Assembly (NCBI GenBank): GCA_964016885.1
Contig: OZ024755.1
Location: 31,868,001-31,932,000, forward strand
DNA length: 64,000 bases
Origin: Eledone cirrhosa
Lineage: Eukaryota
Reading direction: 5' to 3'
How positions within the stretch are numbered: position 1 is the stretch's first letter; each line of letters opens with the position of its first letter. The notes beneath the pieces were generated by a model that had not been told where the DNA came from, did no database searches, and was given only the letters and a program-made list of their open reading frames with translations. Below are positions 23,309 to 37,975 of this stretch, piece after piece. A program made the position numbers and the translations under genes.

Positions 23309-26300
23309 TTACATCCTTTATATATATTTGAGAGGAATACTTGAGATATCAACAAACCAGACACCAGGCCATCACATTTTGAAGTTGCTTATAATATATC
23401 CTCTAACATAAATAGGGAATGCCACATAATTTACAAGTGAATATTATAATAATAATAATAATAATAATAGCTGTAAAAGGAAGTAATTAGAGCTGTTAGG
23501 AAGGACTGAGCCTATTTTAAAATTATTCCTCTGAGCAACAATGCAGTATGGCATTAAATTATGGACCAAACTGCAAACTAAGAAGGCTTCAAACAAGCAG
23601 GAACCCTAAAACTATGTTTTTCTCGTACAGCAGATGCCTTGGTCATGTCACACAAATGGAAGATGATTGAATCCCAAAAGACACACAAGAGAGCTAATCA
23701 CTGACACCAAGTCTGGAGGAAGACCATGCTTATGCTACAAAGGTGTCTCCAGATGAGACATGAATGTGAGTGACATCAACCTAACAAGTGAGAACACAAT
23801 GGAAGCAGATCACAGCAAATGGTGACATGGTGATGGAAGAAGTGTTTGGACCACAAGATCATATTCAGAATACAAGCCTATTAGCACACACACACACACA
23901 CACAGCCAAGAACTTCAATTGGGGTTAATTAAAGAATGGAGACATTTTGTGTGACTGCGGCATCGAACCACAGACTACGCAGCAACTCCTGATATGCCCC
24001 CTGCTAGAACACCCCTGGACAGCATTGGACTTGGCAGAGTTTAATGAGAAAGGACAGCAATGTGTTCAGCTGTGGCAGAACCACATCTAGCTAAGCTTTG
24101 TAGCCAACACTCTTGTGAAGACAATAAGAAGAAGAGGTAGAAATCAAATGTCCATAGCTTCAAGAGAAGCTGAACGCAAGAGGTTTGCCAGTGTTCAACA
24201 ATGAGAAGCTCAGAAGCAAGAGATGTTCCAGAATGACTGATGCATTTTTGCCACACAAACACTAAGAGGCATGGAAATGTTAGAGGTTACTAAATGGGGA
24301 GTATATGTGAGGCTATGCTGGGGCATCACCACTAACACTACAGCCAATCTTCCTTTGGTGGTCATGAATGCAAAAGGGAGTTTGTTACTGCCACCCTTAT
24401 TTGCACTTCGTCTCATGCTTGGATCTTGGTTATCAGAACGTCATGCATGCCATGTAGATCTCTCAAGATGTTTTGGCAGCTTATTAAAGAGCAGGGAGGC
24501 GGGGCTCTTTGAACACCAGGCTATTGCAGTATGTGGTCATTCTTGATGAGAAGGATGGGATCTTTGGCACTACAGAGTGGTGTCCTCAATGCCAATGTTT
24601 GCTGCTTGCCCTTCCATACATATATCACTGCATTTCAACAACTAATTTCAGACTTTGGAACTAACTGTTGAAACGGCAAGAGCTCAGCCGTACGGGCTGC
24701 GACTCTTTAATATGGCCACACTTTATTATCCCAAGAATCGAGGACTCTTTTGAGTATTGGTCTAACTAGTTTAAAACTGGTTCTATCCCGATATATATAT
24801 ATATATATATACGGCATACACTCAACAACACTTCGTTTCACAACACCAGTGTTGAAGTCACGACTTATTTTAAAAATATATATTCAACTTATTCTTAAAA
24901 ATTCAACATTTCATATCTAACAAAAAAAAAAAAAATCTATTTGAAATGTTTCGTTTGAAATATATGAGTGTGGGGGGTGGGGTGTGTGTGTGAATCCAAC
25001 AGCAACAGTTATAAAAAGTACTTATACAACCAGCATATATTATGCAATCAATTTCCTAGTTGTCGCTTCATCACGCCACAAATATTAGAAAACGAGAGGA
25101 GGGGAGGAGGAGAGAGAAGGGATCAGCAGATCCTGAATTTCTGATACTCAAAACAAAAACACCATTTGTTCTGCTGTTTTTTTATTTTTATTATTATTCA
25201 AATGCATTAATAATAAAAAAGTTAAAAGGTTTTAAAAATTCACAAAAAAAAAGAAATCCATAATTTTAGCGCATGCGTAAAAAAGGACTATTTTTAAATA
25301 AAATTGTTTTAAACGATAGACAGGGCCTTATATAAGTTAATATTAAATTATGTAACAGTGTATTAAAAGAAAACAGGCACATTTCATAGCTTCCGTTTGG
25401 ATATATTTTATTTTACTTCTGAATAGTTTTGATGTGTTACTAATAAAGGAATCCATCTATCTATATACACGCTTATTATTATAATCACGACGACTAAACA
25501 CATCTCATTCTCATCAGAACAATAGACAAGTTCTCATTAGCCCCGCCAGTTATACTGTTTCTCTGTAGCTTCTCCTGCTAAATTAGGATCTAAAATCTTC
25601 CTTATATCATATCCTTCTCTCTTAAAATATAATAGACTGACAGGGGAAAAGCTGCAGTGATCATGACTAGAGTGTTATCGATTATATAGGCTTGCTCAGT
25701 CAAGAGCTAAAACAATTGTTTGCATTAATCCATCTCCACAACCGCCAGCTAGTTACAATGACGCCCAAAACTGTATACACCATACACTAGCCCCCCCGAG
25801 AGATTCATTCGTATACAGATTTACATGGTTGATACCCTACAAACAAAATATCTGGATCAAAAGCACCTGTCATAAGATCGAATATGTCAACTGTTGTAAG
25901 ATGTGGCAATTCGATCTCGTATACTGCACCTAACGTTGTGTATTTTACGTCACAGTTACCAATATATATTACATATCTGTATACTTTTCTACATTTTCTA
26001 TCTATTAAAGCGCAAACGTGTCTCCTTTTTAAATTACTAGTTTTAGTGAGATGTACATTTCATTTTTATTTGCACAAAAATAAATAAATAAATAAATAAT
26101 TGAGTCATATCTCGACTAACTCCGAAAACAACCGAACGACGTTTTCCGGAAAAGGGCGATGTTTCATCCGTGGCCCAACACGTCGATTTCCGGAAGACGC
26201 CTAAATAAGTGCTATTTCGTGTCAACGGACAAAAACAACAGACTATATAAAATATTATGTATCGCCTGCATAATAATAATAATACTTGCTACTTACTATA

Positions 26301-27414
26301 CTATGCATTCACTACGATTAATATAGAATATAGAAATATTCTAGGTGGATCAGCTTCCTCGAGGCTGCAGTAAATGTTACTACTGGCTTTTCCATTCTAC
26401 CATGATTATATATATATATTTTTGTATTAATAATTTAAATATATTTTTTCAAAATGAAAATAACGCCCTTAAAACAAAAAGATCACCAAATTAGACGTTT
26501 ACGACATTCTAAATATTGTATATTGTTGATCAGTCTTAGAGATCCAAATAATAAAATCAAATACCCTTCAAAGTAAACTTAATTGCAGCAATATTTGAAA
26601 GAAATGCGACAGAATAAGATGGCGATCGTTGATAATAGCGATCTTCTTTATACTTTGTTCAACTGCAATCAGTATGATCTCGTTTTGGCAAGCAGCTTCA
26701 ATTTTTTCCGTGTTGCAGAATTATTTTATTATTGCAAACATATAACCGAATTGAAATTTGTCGAATAAATAAATTTTGTTAAATTATATATAAATATAAT
26801 TCTTTCTACTTTTGGCACAAGGCTAAAAATTATCCAGTGTATTACTGGTACTTTATTTTATCTATAAATATATAATAACAGTAATCCATATCTCCATATT
26901 ATATATATATATACACCCCCCCCCCCCACATGTTTATTGACGGTAGCGAGAATGAATACACAATACCATAGTAGAGATTTAATATATTCTTTTAAAGGCT
27001 AAGCTTGAGTCGATGCTAGTTTCTTCTGTGTACTCAAAGTACACTGAAGAAACTCCAGACTCAAACTTGGCCTTCATAAAGTGTATATATATATATATAT
27101 ATATATATATCTGTATAATACGCACACACACACACACATATATATATATAGAGAGAAACGAACATTTGCCCCAAGAATTTTGATTTTGGATGAGTTAATG
27201 TGGCGTCAATTTGGATAAATTGATGCTGGCCCAAGGCAATATTTTAATAATTCCCAGTGATACTGATTCTCAAATTTTATACTGACATTTCAAGAATTAT
27301 TTTTAAATTAATTTAAAAAAGATAGATTGTTTGCTATATAAGGGGACAGATATTTGGGCTTGCAAATAAATATAATCCTTTGTTGTTGAAATAAATTCCA
27401 TCCTAGCATCATGG

Positions 27415-27450
<36 letters not shown>

Positions 27451-29603
27451 GAGGGGGGGGGGGGGGGGCTGGTATATTGCATATTGTGTCTAGATGGGGT
27501 AGGCATGGCTTGGAATGTCTAACAAATTCACGCCTAAAAATAAAAATTCCTCGCCGACCGCCAAATTGATACTAGCAGCAGTTTGACAAACTGAAAGTGG
27601 ATCGTTTTATAGTGAAGGATTGCTGCAAATTGTTAGAGTAATTTTCATTATTATATTTTATATATTTTTTTTTATAACAGTAAAAGCAACGAACCCTTTC
27701 ACCAGTGATGGAAATCGATTTTTATGACATAAGGGTACACACTAAGGCACACCCGAAGGGGGGGGGTACTGGAATTACACCCTTCCCCCCTGAAAAGTAG
27801 GGCCCTCCTCTCAACCTGCTTACCTCATCCCCATTTCCATCACCGTCTATGAACAATAGATAATGTAGGGTTTTTAAGGGTAGGTTTATGAAATCTCGGT
27901 TACTATAGTAATAGGCAAAACAAGCATTTATTGATCTGTAATCAACTTCAGACACTATCATCTGTAAACTAAAAAAAAAATTCATTATATGGCTGAATTT
28001 TGTGAGAAAAGGGAATCTTGTATAAAACTTTTATTTTTATAACTGTTGAAGCTGTGCAAACAAATTCTGTGGGGAACACTTCATGCCTTATAACTTTAGG
28101 AATATAAAAAAAATTAAGAAAAATATTGAATATCAGTAATCAATCTCTCCATATTATTAAGTGATTTTCAGTATGACAAACAAAAGGTGTATTGTTTCTT
28201 AACGTGGACATCCAGAGTCAACAGAGAAGACAACAAATATCAAACTGAATCAAACCCAGTCACTATTTCGGAGGGACAAATATTCGCCGAAAATGACTTC
28301 TGAAATGTTTTAACATGCCAAAATCAGATAAGGCGCTCCAAAACGAATATATTGATACATTTCCTTTTGCTGATGATCATATACCATCTAAAGAAAGAGT
28401 TAAGAAGAAGGTATGGAAAGACACCCGTAAGCAATGCGTGACACATTGCCCTACGGATAGTAAAGACGATGCCACTGTTCCATTACTTTATAGGTAAGTC
28501 TGTTGTTGAAAACCATTTTATTAAGTTCAAGTATTGCCTTAAGAAGAGTTTACTAATATTTTCATTAAAAAAAACTTGTGTACGTTAGAAATATGAAAAT
28601 GAAAGTTGAAATATCTTCAAAGTTTTTATCACAGACAAAGATGTCGATTTCTTTTTAATCTTTACTAACGTAAGTAGATAAATGGTGCAGCTAGTTATGG
28701 TATGGAAAATCATATTCGAATTACCAAATGTCTGTAAGGTTTTCTTTATAGTCCAAACATTATTTATTAATAAGATAACTTTACATTATAATGAAGCAAG
28801 GCCGCGGGAAAGACGAAAAGACCACCGCTACTGCAACTAACCGATGTAGAAAAGTTTATATTGCTAATGCATGTTGGTTCCCGCGTGGCTGTTTATTTTA
28901 TGAGTTAGCTAACAGCAAACATTCTTTTGGAAGATCCATATGTCGAATAGGGTCTCGATCGGTGGAAATAAATGAAGACACGTTTAGTAAAATAAAAATA
29001 ATGAACCAGTCATAGTAGTAACTGTATATTGTAGCAGAAGTCCACATAAAACTAGTAGTCCTCGTAACATTGTCAATTATCATCACTACTGCTGTCATCT
29101 GACAAAGTCCTCCAGTGTCACACACACAAAACAAGTTCCATGCACAACCCTTACTGTAGCTTGTGATCTTATAATTGAGATTAATATCATAAACATCATC
29201 AAAGCTTCTCAATAGTGATGTATCAGACACCAAGCACATATTTATTAGTGTTGAAAGATGTCCTGATCAGCTACAATGGTTAACGGCTAAGGCAACGCAC
29301 GAAAGCATGGCGACAATAGTATCCGCCATTTTGGAAACACTGTAAGTTCACTTTTTATCTAGCAGTTAATTCGAGTTAACAGATTCTATCTTCAAAACAG
29401 GTAAAAAGACAATATAAATAGCATGAAAAAATTTAAATACAGCTTCATATTCCCACAAATACAAATCTAGACTGGGATTTATTTTAACAGCATTGTAGTA
29501 ATTGAAAAAGAAAACAGAACATTAAGTTGTTACAATCCATTAACAATAGTTTTACTTAGCCAATAAATATCCCCGAGTCAAAGAAAGCGAATTGATTTTT
29601 TAC

Positions 29604-29747
29604 CTCGAATTCCTTGAAATATTGTGCTACTCCTGTATAGGGCACTCTCTTTTTTTCATGACTTAGTTTATCAACTGGAGGATAATAGGGAATAGGATCT
29701 CTCGCAGCAAACAAAGCCAATAGATTCGGTGGCAAAAATTGTGTCAT
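29604..29747 (-). CDS. SNRNP70: U1 snRNP 70 kDa, coding exon 1
   Basis: [48 protein letters not shown], the diagnostic U1-70K N-terminus; donor GAG|GTAAAA. Confidence 0.98.
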
Positions 29748-29840
29748 TTTCTCCGTAAATTATTTATCGATCTTAAAATCCACAATATTGAATTATGAAC
29801 CAATATGAAAAGTCTCTTGATCAGAAGAAATTAGTGAAGC

Positions 29841-29922
29841 CTGTAATGTGTGCAATTTCTTCTTTTTTTTTTTTTCTTCTTCTTCTTCAAGTGCTCCGCA
29901 TAGGAAACATTTATCAGTTTAC
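29841..29922 (-). other. Possible short 5' UTR intron of SNRNP70
   Basis: AAAG|GTAAAC donor and TTACAG acceptor 82 nt apart; weak pyrimidine tract. Confidence 0.35.
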
Positions 29923-31439
29923 CTTTAACATAATTCAATTGGGCTTCGTTAATGTCCTTAATGTTCTCAGTAGTCGAATGATCTAAGTTAGGCGACAACG
30001 CCAACAAAAAAAAAATGGGTCTTTACAATGAATTCTCAAAATTTAAGTTTAGGAGGAAAAAAAAAAAAAAAAATGCCAAAAGTTATAAGCAATCGCGTAG
30101 GATGATTGTTGTACGTGTGGCTTGTAAGCCAGTAGTAGAGCAACTGTGAATTGTGACTAGTAATGTCTACGGTGGTTTCGTGTCAGCCAATAGCACATGC
30201 TCACTTAGAATATCTACAGCAATGGTGCTAACTCATACTGCTGCTAACGCCATCTACTTCCCTTTATTTTCACTTTCTCCCACTGTCTCTCATTTTATAT
30301 TAGCTCTAATTTCTTGCTTTTTTTTTTTATACATATACATATATATATATATATATATATATTTTTATATGTATATATATATATATATATTTATTTATAT
30401 ATTTATATTATTACTTACTATCTCTATTTCTGACTTGTTCACTCTCTTAGTATGATGTTGTTGTGCACGGCAGGGCGAGAGGAAAAGAAACAAATTATTA
30501 TTGACTGACTTTGTACCTCGTTTATGCTGAAGCTGAACTTTCAACATATAATCATAACATATAATGATTTTTAAATGATTTTAAAAAAGGAAACGTAGAT
30601 ATCCGAAAAAGAAGTGATGTTTGATATCAGTTCAGTACGTTGCAAGTTGCTTATAGGTGGGCTAGATTAGAATAACCTGCTTGCATTGAATAATATCTTC
30701 TTGTATGCCTTCATCATAGTTAAATGGTTATCATTGGTCTTCGGAGCAGCAGCAGCCTCCACAATCTTTACACATACGCGCACACACTTGTTTTTTTTTT
30801 TTTTTACTAGTTTATTTTTTTTCTCCTCTTTCATTAAATACCAAAAAATATAGCGAAAGCGAACTCTGCAGATGCTGAATATTTTAGGATGACTACTGTA
30901 TATGTGTATATACATACACACACAGAGAGACACGCACATATATATGTATGTATATATATGTACATATATATATATACATATATATATACATATATATATA
31001 TGTATATATATATGTATATATATATGTATATATATCTCATAGCTGATGGACTAAAACGATGTTGAGGATTATTACACAGAAAACCAAAACTACATAATTT
31101 CTTTCAACTGAAGCACACACATCAAAGAATAATGGATATATAAGATATATATATGTGTGTATATGTATATATATATATATATATACGATATATTTCGCAC
31201 ATACACATACTCACACACACACACGCACACGCCTATATATATATATATATATATACATATATACATATGTATATACACATACGTTTTGTTATTTCTACTT
31301 TGTGAAAATCTATTGATTTTGGCCAACTATTAACATTTCACTGTGCACTGTCTCATCAAAATTATTCGCTTTCCTATATCGGCAAACACCTACACTTACT
31401 CTATTCTGTATTCCTCTTGATGTGACTTATTTTGTTTGT

Positions 31440-31523
31440 GTGTGAATGTATCTGAATGTCGTGAGGAAAGATTCTTCTATATGCAGCGGCAGTCGCCACA
31501 AAATCCGACCTGAAGGGGATGAG
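31440..31523 (+). other. Candidate first (N-terminal) exon of the Kv1 gene; 5' boundary uncertain
   Basis: Unique-looking, relatively GC-rich sequence ending ATG AG|GTAAGA; the phase-2 donor joins the 63116 acceptor to read M-R-S-F-P-K. Confidence 0.4.
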
Positions 31524-31949
31524 GTAAGAAAGAACCTTCATAAACATTTTATTATATATATATATATATATATGTATTTATATATATATATATATTTTTG
31601 TTGTTAACTTTGCCTTTCATCCTTACGGGGGGGTCGATAAAATAAAGTACCAGTAATACACTGGTGGGTATTTGATGGCCTTGTGCCAAAAGTAGAAACA
31701 ATTATTATTTTATTATATTATATTATATTTTATTATATTATATTATATTATATTATTATTATCAAACGACACATTAAGATAGATCTAACTGTTTACACCA
31801 TTACAACAGTTATCAATAGTAATAATTAATGTTTGTAGCCAAGTGACATTCGATATTTTCAGACCAAATTTCAATATCTAAATGCGTGCTTATATTTAAA
31901 TACATTAAAATATGTGTATGTACGTATGTATCGATTTACAAATATATAT

Positions 31950-32192
31950 ATATATATGCATCGATTTATGAATATATACATGTATATATTTATACGAATG
32001 TATATGTATTTATAAGTATGTATAGATGTGTATTTATACCTATGTATATGTATTTATAAGTATGTATATGTATTTATAAGTATGTATATGTGTGTATTTA
32101 TAAGTATGTATATGTGTGTATTTATAAGTATGTATATGTATTTATAAATATGTATATGTGTGTATTTATACGTATGTATATGTATTTATAAG

Positions 32193-32223
<31 letters not shown>

Positions 32224-33230
32224 GTATTATACCTATGTATATGTATTTATAAGTACTCTGTATATAATAACTATGTATTATATGTATACATTAATAAGTA
32301 TGTATATGTATACATTAATAAGTATGTATATGTATACATTAATAAGTATGTATATGTATACATTAATAAGTATGTATATGTATACATTAATAAGTATGTA
32401 TATGTATACATTAATAAGTATGTATATGTATACATTAATAAGTATGTATATGTATACATTAATAAGTATGTATATGTATGCATTTATAAAATATGTATGT
32501 GTATGATTTTATAAGTATCTATCTATAGCTATGTACATGTATGCATTTATAAGTACGTATATGTATGCATTTATAAGTATATATATATATGTGTGTATTT
32601 ATACGTATATGTATGCATTCATAAGTATATATATGTATGTATTTATATGTATGCATTTATAAGTATGTATATGTATTTATATGTATATCTATGCATTTTA
32701 AAGTATATATATATATGTATGGATTTATACGTATATGTATGCATTTATAAGTATATATATGTATGGATTTATACGTATATGTATGCATTTATAAGTATAT
32801 ATATGTATGCATTTATAAGTATATATATGTATGCATTTATAAGTATATATATGTATGCATTTATAAGTGTATGTATGTATGGATTTATAAGTATGTATGT
32901 ATGCATTTATAAGTATGCATTTATAAGTATATATATCTATGTATTTATATATATATATATGTATTTATACGCATGTATATGTATGCATTTATATGTATGC
33001 ATTTATAAGTATATATATGTATGCATTTATATGTATGCATTTATAAGTATATATATGTATGTATTTATATATGTATGTATTTATACATATATATATTTAT
33101 ACGTATGTATATGCATCTATAAGTATGTTTGCATTTATAAGTATGTATATTTATGTATTTATAAGGATGCATATATATTTATATACAAGTATGCATATTT
33201 ATGTATTTTGAAATGAATGTATGTATATAT
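31950..33230. repeat. AT-rich satellite including a regular 24-bp array (~32280-32480)
   Basis: Unit TAATAAGTATGTATATGTATACAT, about 8 copies, flanked by degenerate ATGCATTTATAAGTAT units. Confidence 0.95.
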
Positions 33231-33365
33231 TTGTTAGTATGAAAATCTATGTATCTTGATATCAGATGAGAACTGGTACATTCGACCCTACTTGAAGTTA
33301 TGTCCAACTTAGTTAACTCCCTTTACGCCAATGACCACTTAACATTTTGTATCTTACGACAAGGA

Positions 33366-33412
<47 letters not shown>

Positions 33413-34359
33413 CTGGATATGGATATGTATGTATATCAGACAGCATCATGATTCATTCATGCAACTATGAATCAAATCTGATACAATACAGAAGGAGCAT
33501 TTCAGTCCCGTTAGACAGCCTCTCTGGTGCTGGTGACATATACACCCAGTCTCTACAGTAATTGGTGACATTCAGTCGTTGAAAATTACAAAAAAGAAAC
33601 CCCCCAAAAAACCTGATGTCAAATCAAGCAGAACCTTTCATTATCAAATCAAGCAGAATCTCTAATTATGTAAAGAGTGATAACACAATCTCGAGTGTAT
33701 TAAGGGAGTGTGGAGATTCTTCCCTTTTTTTTTTTTGTCATAAAATGATCGTATCGCACCACCAACTCTTTTTCCTTCAAGTGCAGAGAATAGACAACAC
33801 ACAATCCACCCATCGCTGCCACAACCAGAAATTATCCTTTCATTCCAGGTGCAATTTATCAAGTCTGTCACTAAACTCAATGAATATTAGGTCTGAAGAG
33901 ATTGTAGATGTGCTAGAGCAGATATGAGTATGTGTTTGTTGTGTACAGTAGGTGAGAAGAATGGTAGCCTCAGCTGAACCTTTCTTGAGCAAGGAACATG
34001 ATAGTGGCATAGCGTGAGGTGTGCGAGATGTGTGAGCTGCACTGGGAAACCACTTTATATATGTGGTTCCTGTAGCTGATGGTATTTAGGTTTAAGGAAG
34101 TGGGTTGCCAATTTGGCTACTGCACAGGGCAGCCAAAACCCACACTACAATATTGGAACACGGGTACAAATTCTTCTGCAAGGGGTAAGCGTCACGACAA
34201 GAAGCAGTCAGTACTTGCTGTAAATGAGGTTGCCGTTAGGAAGGGCATCCAGCTGTAGAAACCAAGCCAGAATCAGTTCTCTATGTGCAAAACACGGTCA
34301 CCTGACCTGGCATTGCTCACAACAGGATAACTTGTCTAGCATTAAAAAAATGGACATTA

Positions 34360-36500
34360 AATGGTGATAACAGCACTGGAGTGGATGGATTAAGCATGCT
34401 GTTTGCAGAGAAGAGGGTAAAGTTATGAAGTGGTCAGATTATGACAGTGAACTCTGCATATGCTCAACAATCAGAACTGAGCAAAAGGATATATTCCTAT
34501 GAGGTCTTTTTGGAGAATACCTAAATAACGAACATCATTATTACTGTTGGTGACTTCTCTAGCAACTCTGTGATTGCTACTTCAATGGAAAATAATAAAT
34601 ATGCTGCAAAAAATGAAGAAGGATCAAGGCTCTTGGAATTCTGTGATGTAATGGACATAATTTATTGCAGCATTAACTTCAGGAAACTGTCCAGCCACAA
34701 GATCATCTACCAATATAGCAAACATGCAAACCAGATAGGTATTTATTGTAACTACTAAATTCTTCTCTGGTTCAGAATGTATGGTTCATTATTGTGATCT
34801 GTAGCCTCAAGTTTCGGCTATGACTCGCCGAAAGAAACAAGACAATATGGAGAATGAGGGTATAACAGCTGAAAGATACCTTGGTCGTATGAATGTTCAG
34901 CTAAATACTAAGTGACACATATGACAGGAAAAAGGAAGTGGTGAAATGCTATAGTAGATAGTGCCATAACATCTAAAAGACAGTCCTGAAAAGGATTGAA
35001 AAGAAATGCAAGGAACAGTATTAGCTAGACGAGAAGATTGGAGGAGTGAAAATGGTAATGAGTAGGGACCAACAATTTAGCAAGTGAGCTAAGTATTTCC
35101 TGAACTTTTATATACATTTGCCCCTCAGATCTCGACATTAATTGTGAAAGAGCAAGCAAGGATGAGATCCAGAAGGTCATCAAATTGCTGAAGAATGGCT
35201 AGTTGGATAGATCCAATGATAAACCAACTGAGGTACTTGAAGGCATAGCAGCTGATATGGTATATCCACTATTTGGAAAGATCTGACAGGAAGGGCAAGT
35301 ACCTTCAGTCTGGAGTGAGAGTTCTTTATAAGACGAATAAAAAAAGGTAACCTCGACAGCTGTACCAAGTACAGAGGCATTGCTCTTTCTTGGGAAAATC
35401 TTCAACACAAAATCCTGAGTGGAAGAATATGGAAACAGTAGCTACAATACATTGTAGTGGAGCAGACTCTAGAGTGGAATTTGATCTTTTATGTCAACTT
35501 AGTCAACTATGAAAAGGTCTTTGATAGTATTGACATGGGGACTTGGTAGAAGTTGGCCCAACACTGTGGTGTACCTAGCCAATTTTTGCAGCTGCTCCAA
35601 CATTATGGTGTATCTAACAAATTTGTGCAGTTAATTAGGAACTCATCTGAAAATACTTATTCATTCTGGCCAGACAATTCAGATCAGGAATGGGAGAAAG
35701 GACTTTGTTTTCCACTTTCCTGTTCCTGGATCATGAAGGAATTAATATACAATAGGAATGAGATTCAATAAACACCTTACACACAACTAGAGGACCTAGA
35801 TTTTGCTAACAACTTAACATTGTTGACTCATCAAGCAAGAGAAGACACTGATACTGGTATCAGCTTTAAATAAAGTTACACTACAAATTGTACCAATTCA
35901 CAAAAGAAAGAGAAAATTCCTGAAGACATTCTTGATCAGTGCAGGACCTTGATAAATAGTCAGCGTAGCCGTGGTAGTGCAGGACAGTACCATCGACAAA
36001 ATGGGGTGAGGGCCTGGGGGCATTACTGTAGGCAATTTACGAAACCAGATAAAGCTTTCTGAAACTCCTGACCAGCCCTGCGAAAATCAGACTGTTTAAC
36101 CCTTTAGCATTTACATTACTCTACATTTACTATTGTATTTTCCTGGTAAACACTTTATCTCACATATATATATTTCACATAATATTGAATCTATGGGATT
36201 TTGATATTTATTTTGAGAAAAATACCTTAACATCAGTATGAGCAGCTGGTTTGAACAGAAAGAAGGGAGAGAATTCTGGCCGGATACGGCCGGTTTAAGT
36301 GCTAAAGGGTTAACTCAGATGTTAAAACAGTCTTTTGTTATAGGATACAATACTGAGTCATTGCAATAACCATACTTGGAAAGGTTCAGACCTTCATAAG
36401 GAGCTGGCTAAGAGAAATAATTGATGCCTACAGACCAAACAATACCAGTAATATATACTTTAGGTTAAGCACATCTCAATGACCTGTTGAACAACAGATA
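34360..36500 (+). mobile_element. Heavily decayed LINE (RTE-like) endonuclease/RT fragments
   Basis: Broken frames ...IITVGDF..., EEGSRLLEFCD..., ...YEKVFDSID..., QLEDLDFANNLTLL. Confidence 0.6.
36096..36313 (+). mobile_element. piggyBac-type MITE, full length
   Basis: TTAA-CCCTTTAGCATTTA...TAAGTGCTAAAGGG-TTAA. Confidence 0.88.
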
Positions 36501-37431
36501 AAAAGGAATTGGTTTACAGATTACCTAAAACCAATTCTTAACCACATAGCCATGTTGTGTGTCTATCTGTGTGTGTGTGTGTGTATATATATATAGAGAG
36601 AGAGGGAGAGATGTTTGTGTGTGATCTGACCCCCTCTACCTACCTGCCCCCTCCAATGTCCATACCATAACTATCTTTAAGATCACAGTGAACCCCACCA
36701 CAACCTCACTCTATGCAGGACCACCACCTGTTAAAATCTTAAAGCATCAGTAACTGTTCCACATCATCACTGTACTCTCATTTTATATTTTCACCTTCTC
36801 TCCTCACCCATGGAATCCTTCCTACCTCAGCCACACATTGCCCCTTATTAATGACATACTTCCTACCAAGCCATAGGGTAGGGAGGACTTTACAGTTGAA
36901 TCAATGACTTACCAGCACCCTAATGCTGGTGAAATGATAAAATATACCCAGTCAACTCTGTAAAGTGGTTAGTATTAGGAAGGGCTTCACGCCATAGTAA
37001 CCAAGTCAAAGGGTTAAAAGGAAACTACAGTCATGACACAGCAGCCACTCTAGTGCTGGTGCCACGAAAAATACATCCAGTAGACTCTGTAAGGTGGTTT
37101 GTAATAAGAAGGGCATCCAACAAAGGGGCCGAGAAGACTTGTCTGTTGTATCAAGGGCACAACCACCTTTCTGGTGTTTGTGATACAATAAACACCTAGT
37201 ACACATTGAAAAGTCCTCTTCACCCTGTGTTTGGCATGGTTTCTATAGCTAGGTGCTCCTCTTACCACCAATTGTCTTACTGGGTGTGTTTTGTTGCAGT
37301 ACCAGTACTAGGAAGATTGTCACTCTTTGACTGGACTGAAGGGTCTCCTTTGCCCTATGGATGTGGGGATATAAAAGAATGACAAGGAAATATACATATG
37401 TATGTATGTGTATGTATATTTCCTTGTCATT

Positions 37432-37471
<40 letters not shown>

Positions 37472-37569
37472 ATATTAAACTATATTTATATATATATACA
37501 ATGATAAACTATATTTATATATATATACAATGATATTAAACTATATTTATATGTATATACAATGATATT

Positions 37570-37813
37570 AAACTATATTTATAAAACCATATTTATTCTA
37601 TTATATATATTTGAAGGGTACCAAAACTTTGGTATGCTTTCATCAGATAAAATACGAAGTGTGTTTTATAAATTTTGACATAACCAAGAAAAATACCTTA
37701 ACGGTTCAAGTTTTCCTTGGATAGTTCGTATTTTATCTGATGAAAGTATACCAAAGTTTTGGTACCCTTGAAATATATGTAATAGAATAAATATGGTTTT
37801 ATAAATATAGTTT
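37570..37813. repeat. Fold-back element (~88-bp arms) flanked by (TA)n
   Basis: 37570-37658 is the reverse complement of 37725-37813 with few mismatches. Confidence 0.9.
37731..37787 (+). ncRNA. Type I hammerhead ribozyme motif
   Basis: Stem I TTTTAT/ATAGAA; CTGATGA; stem II AAG..TACCAAA/TTTGGTA..CTT; GAAA; short AT-rich stem III; cleavage triplet GUA. Confidence 0.65.
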
Positions 37814-37925
37814 CCATTTATTTAATATCATTGAATATTATACTCCAGAAAACCTGTTGATTGCTCTGAATTAGTTATAAACATTTATATTTGTTGAATT
37901 ACCAACAAATTGAATATCCCTTTTG

Positions 37926-37975
<50 letters not shown>

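Noticed and set aside
27720-29330. Nested gene in SNRNP70 coding intron 1 (ORFs 28315..28497, 28791..29015, 28898..29239)
   Set aside because: No recognisable protein motif or consistent splice pattern; probably decayed transposon sequence.
32158-33216. Tyr/Ile/Met-rich ORFs up to 207 aa
   Set aside because: Translations of AT-rich satellite DNA.
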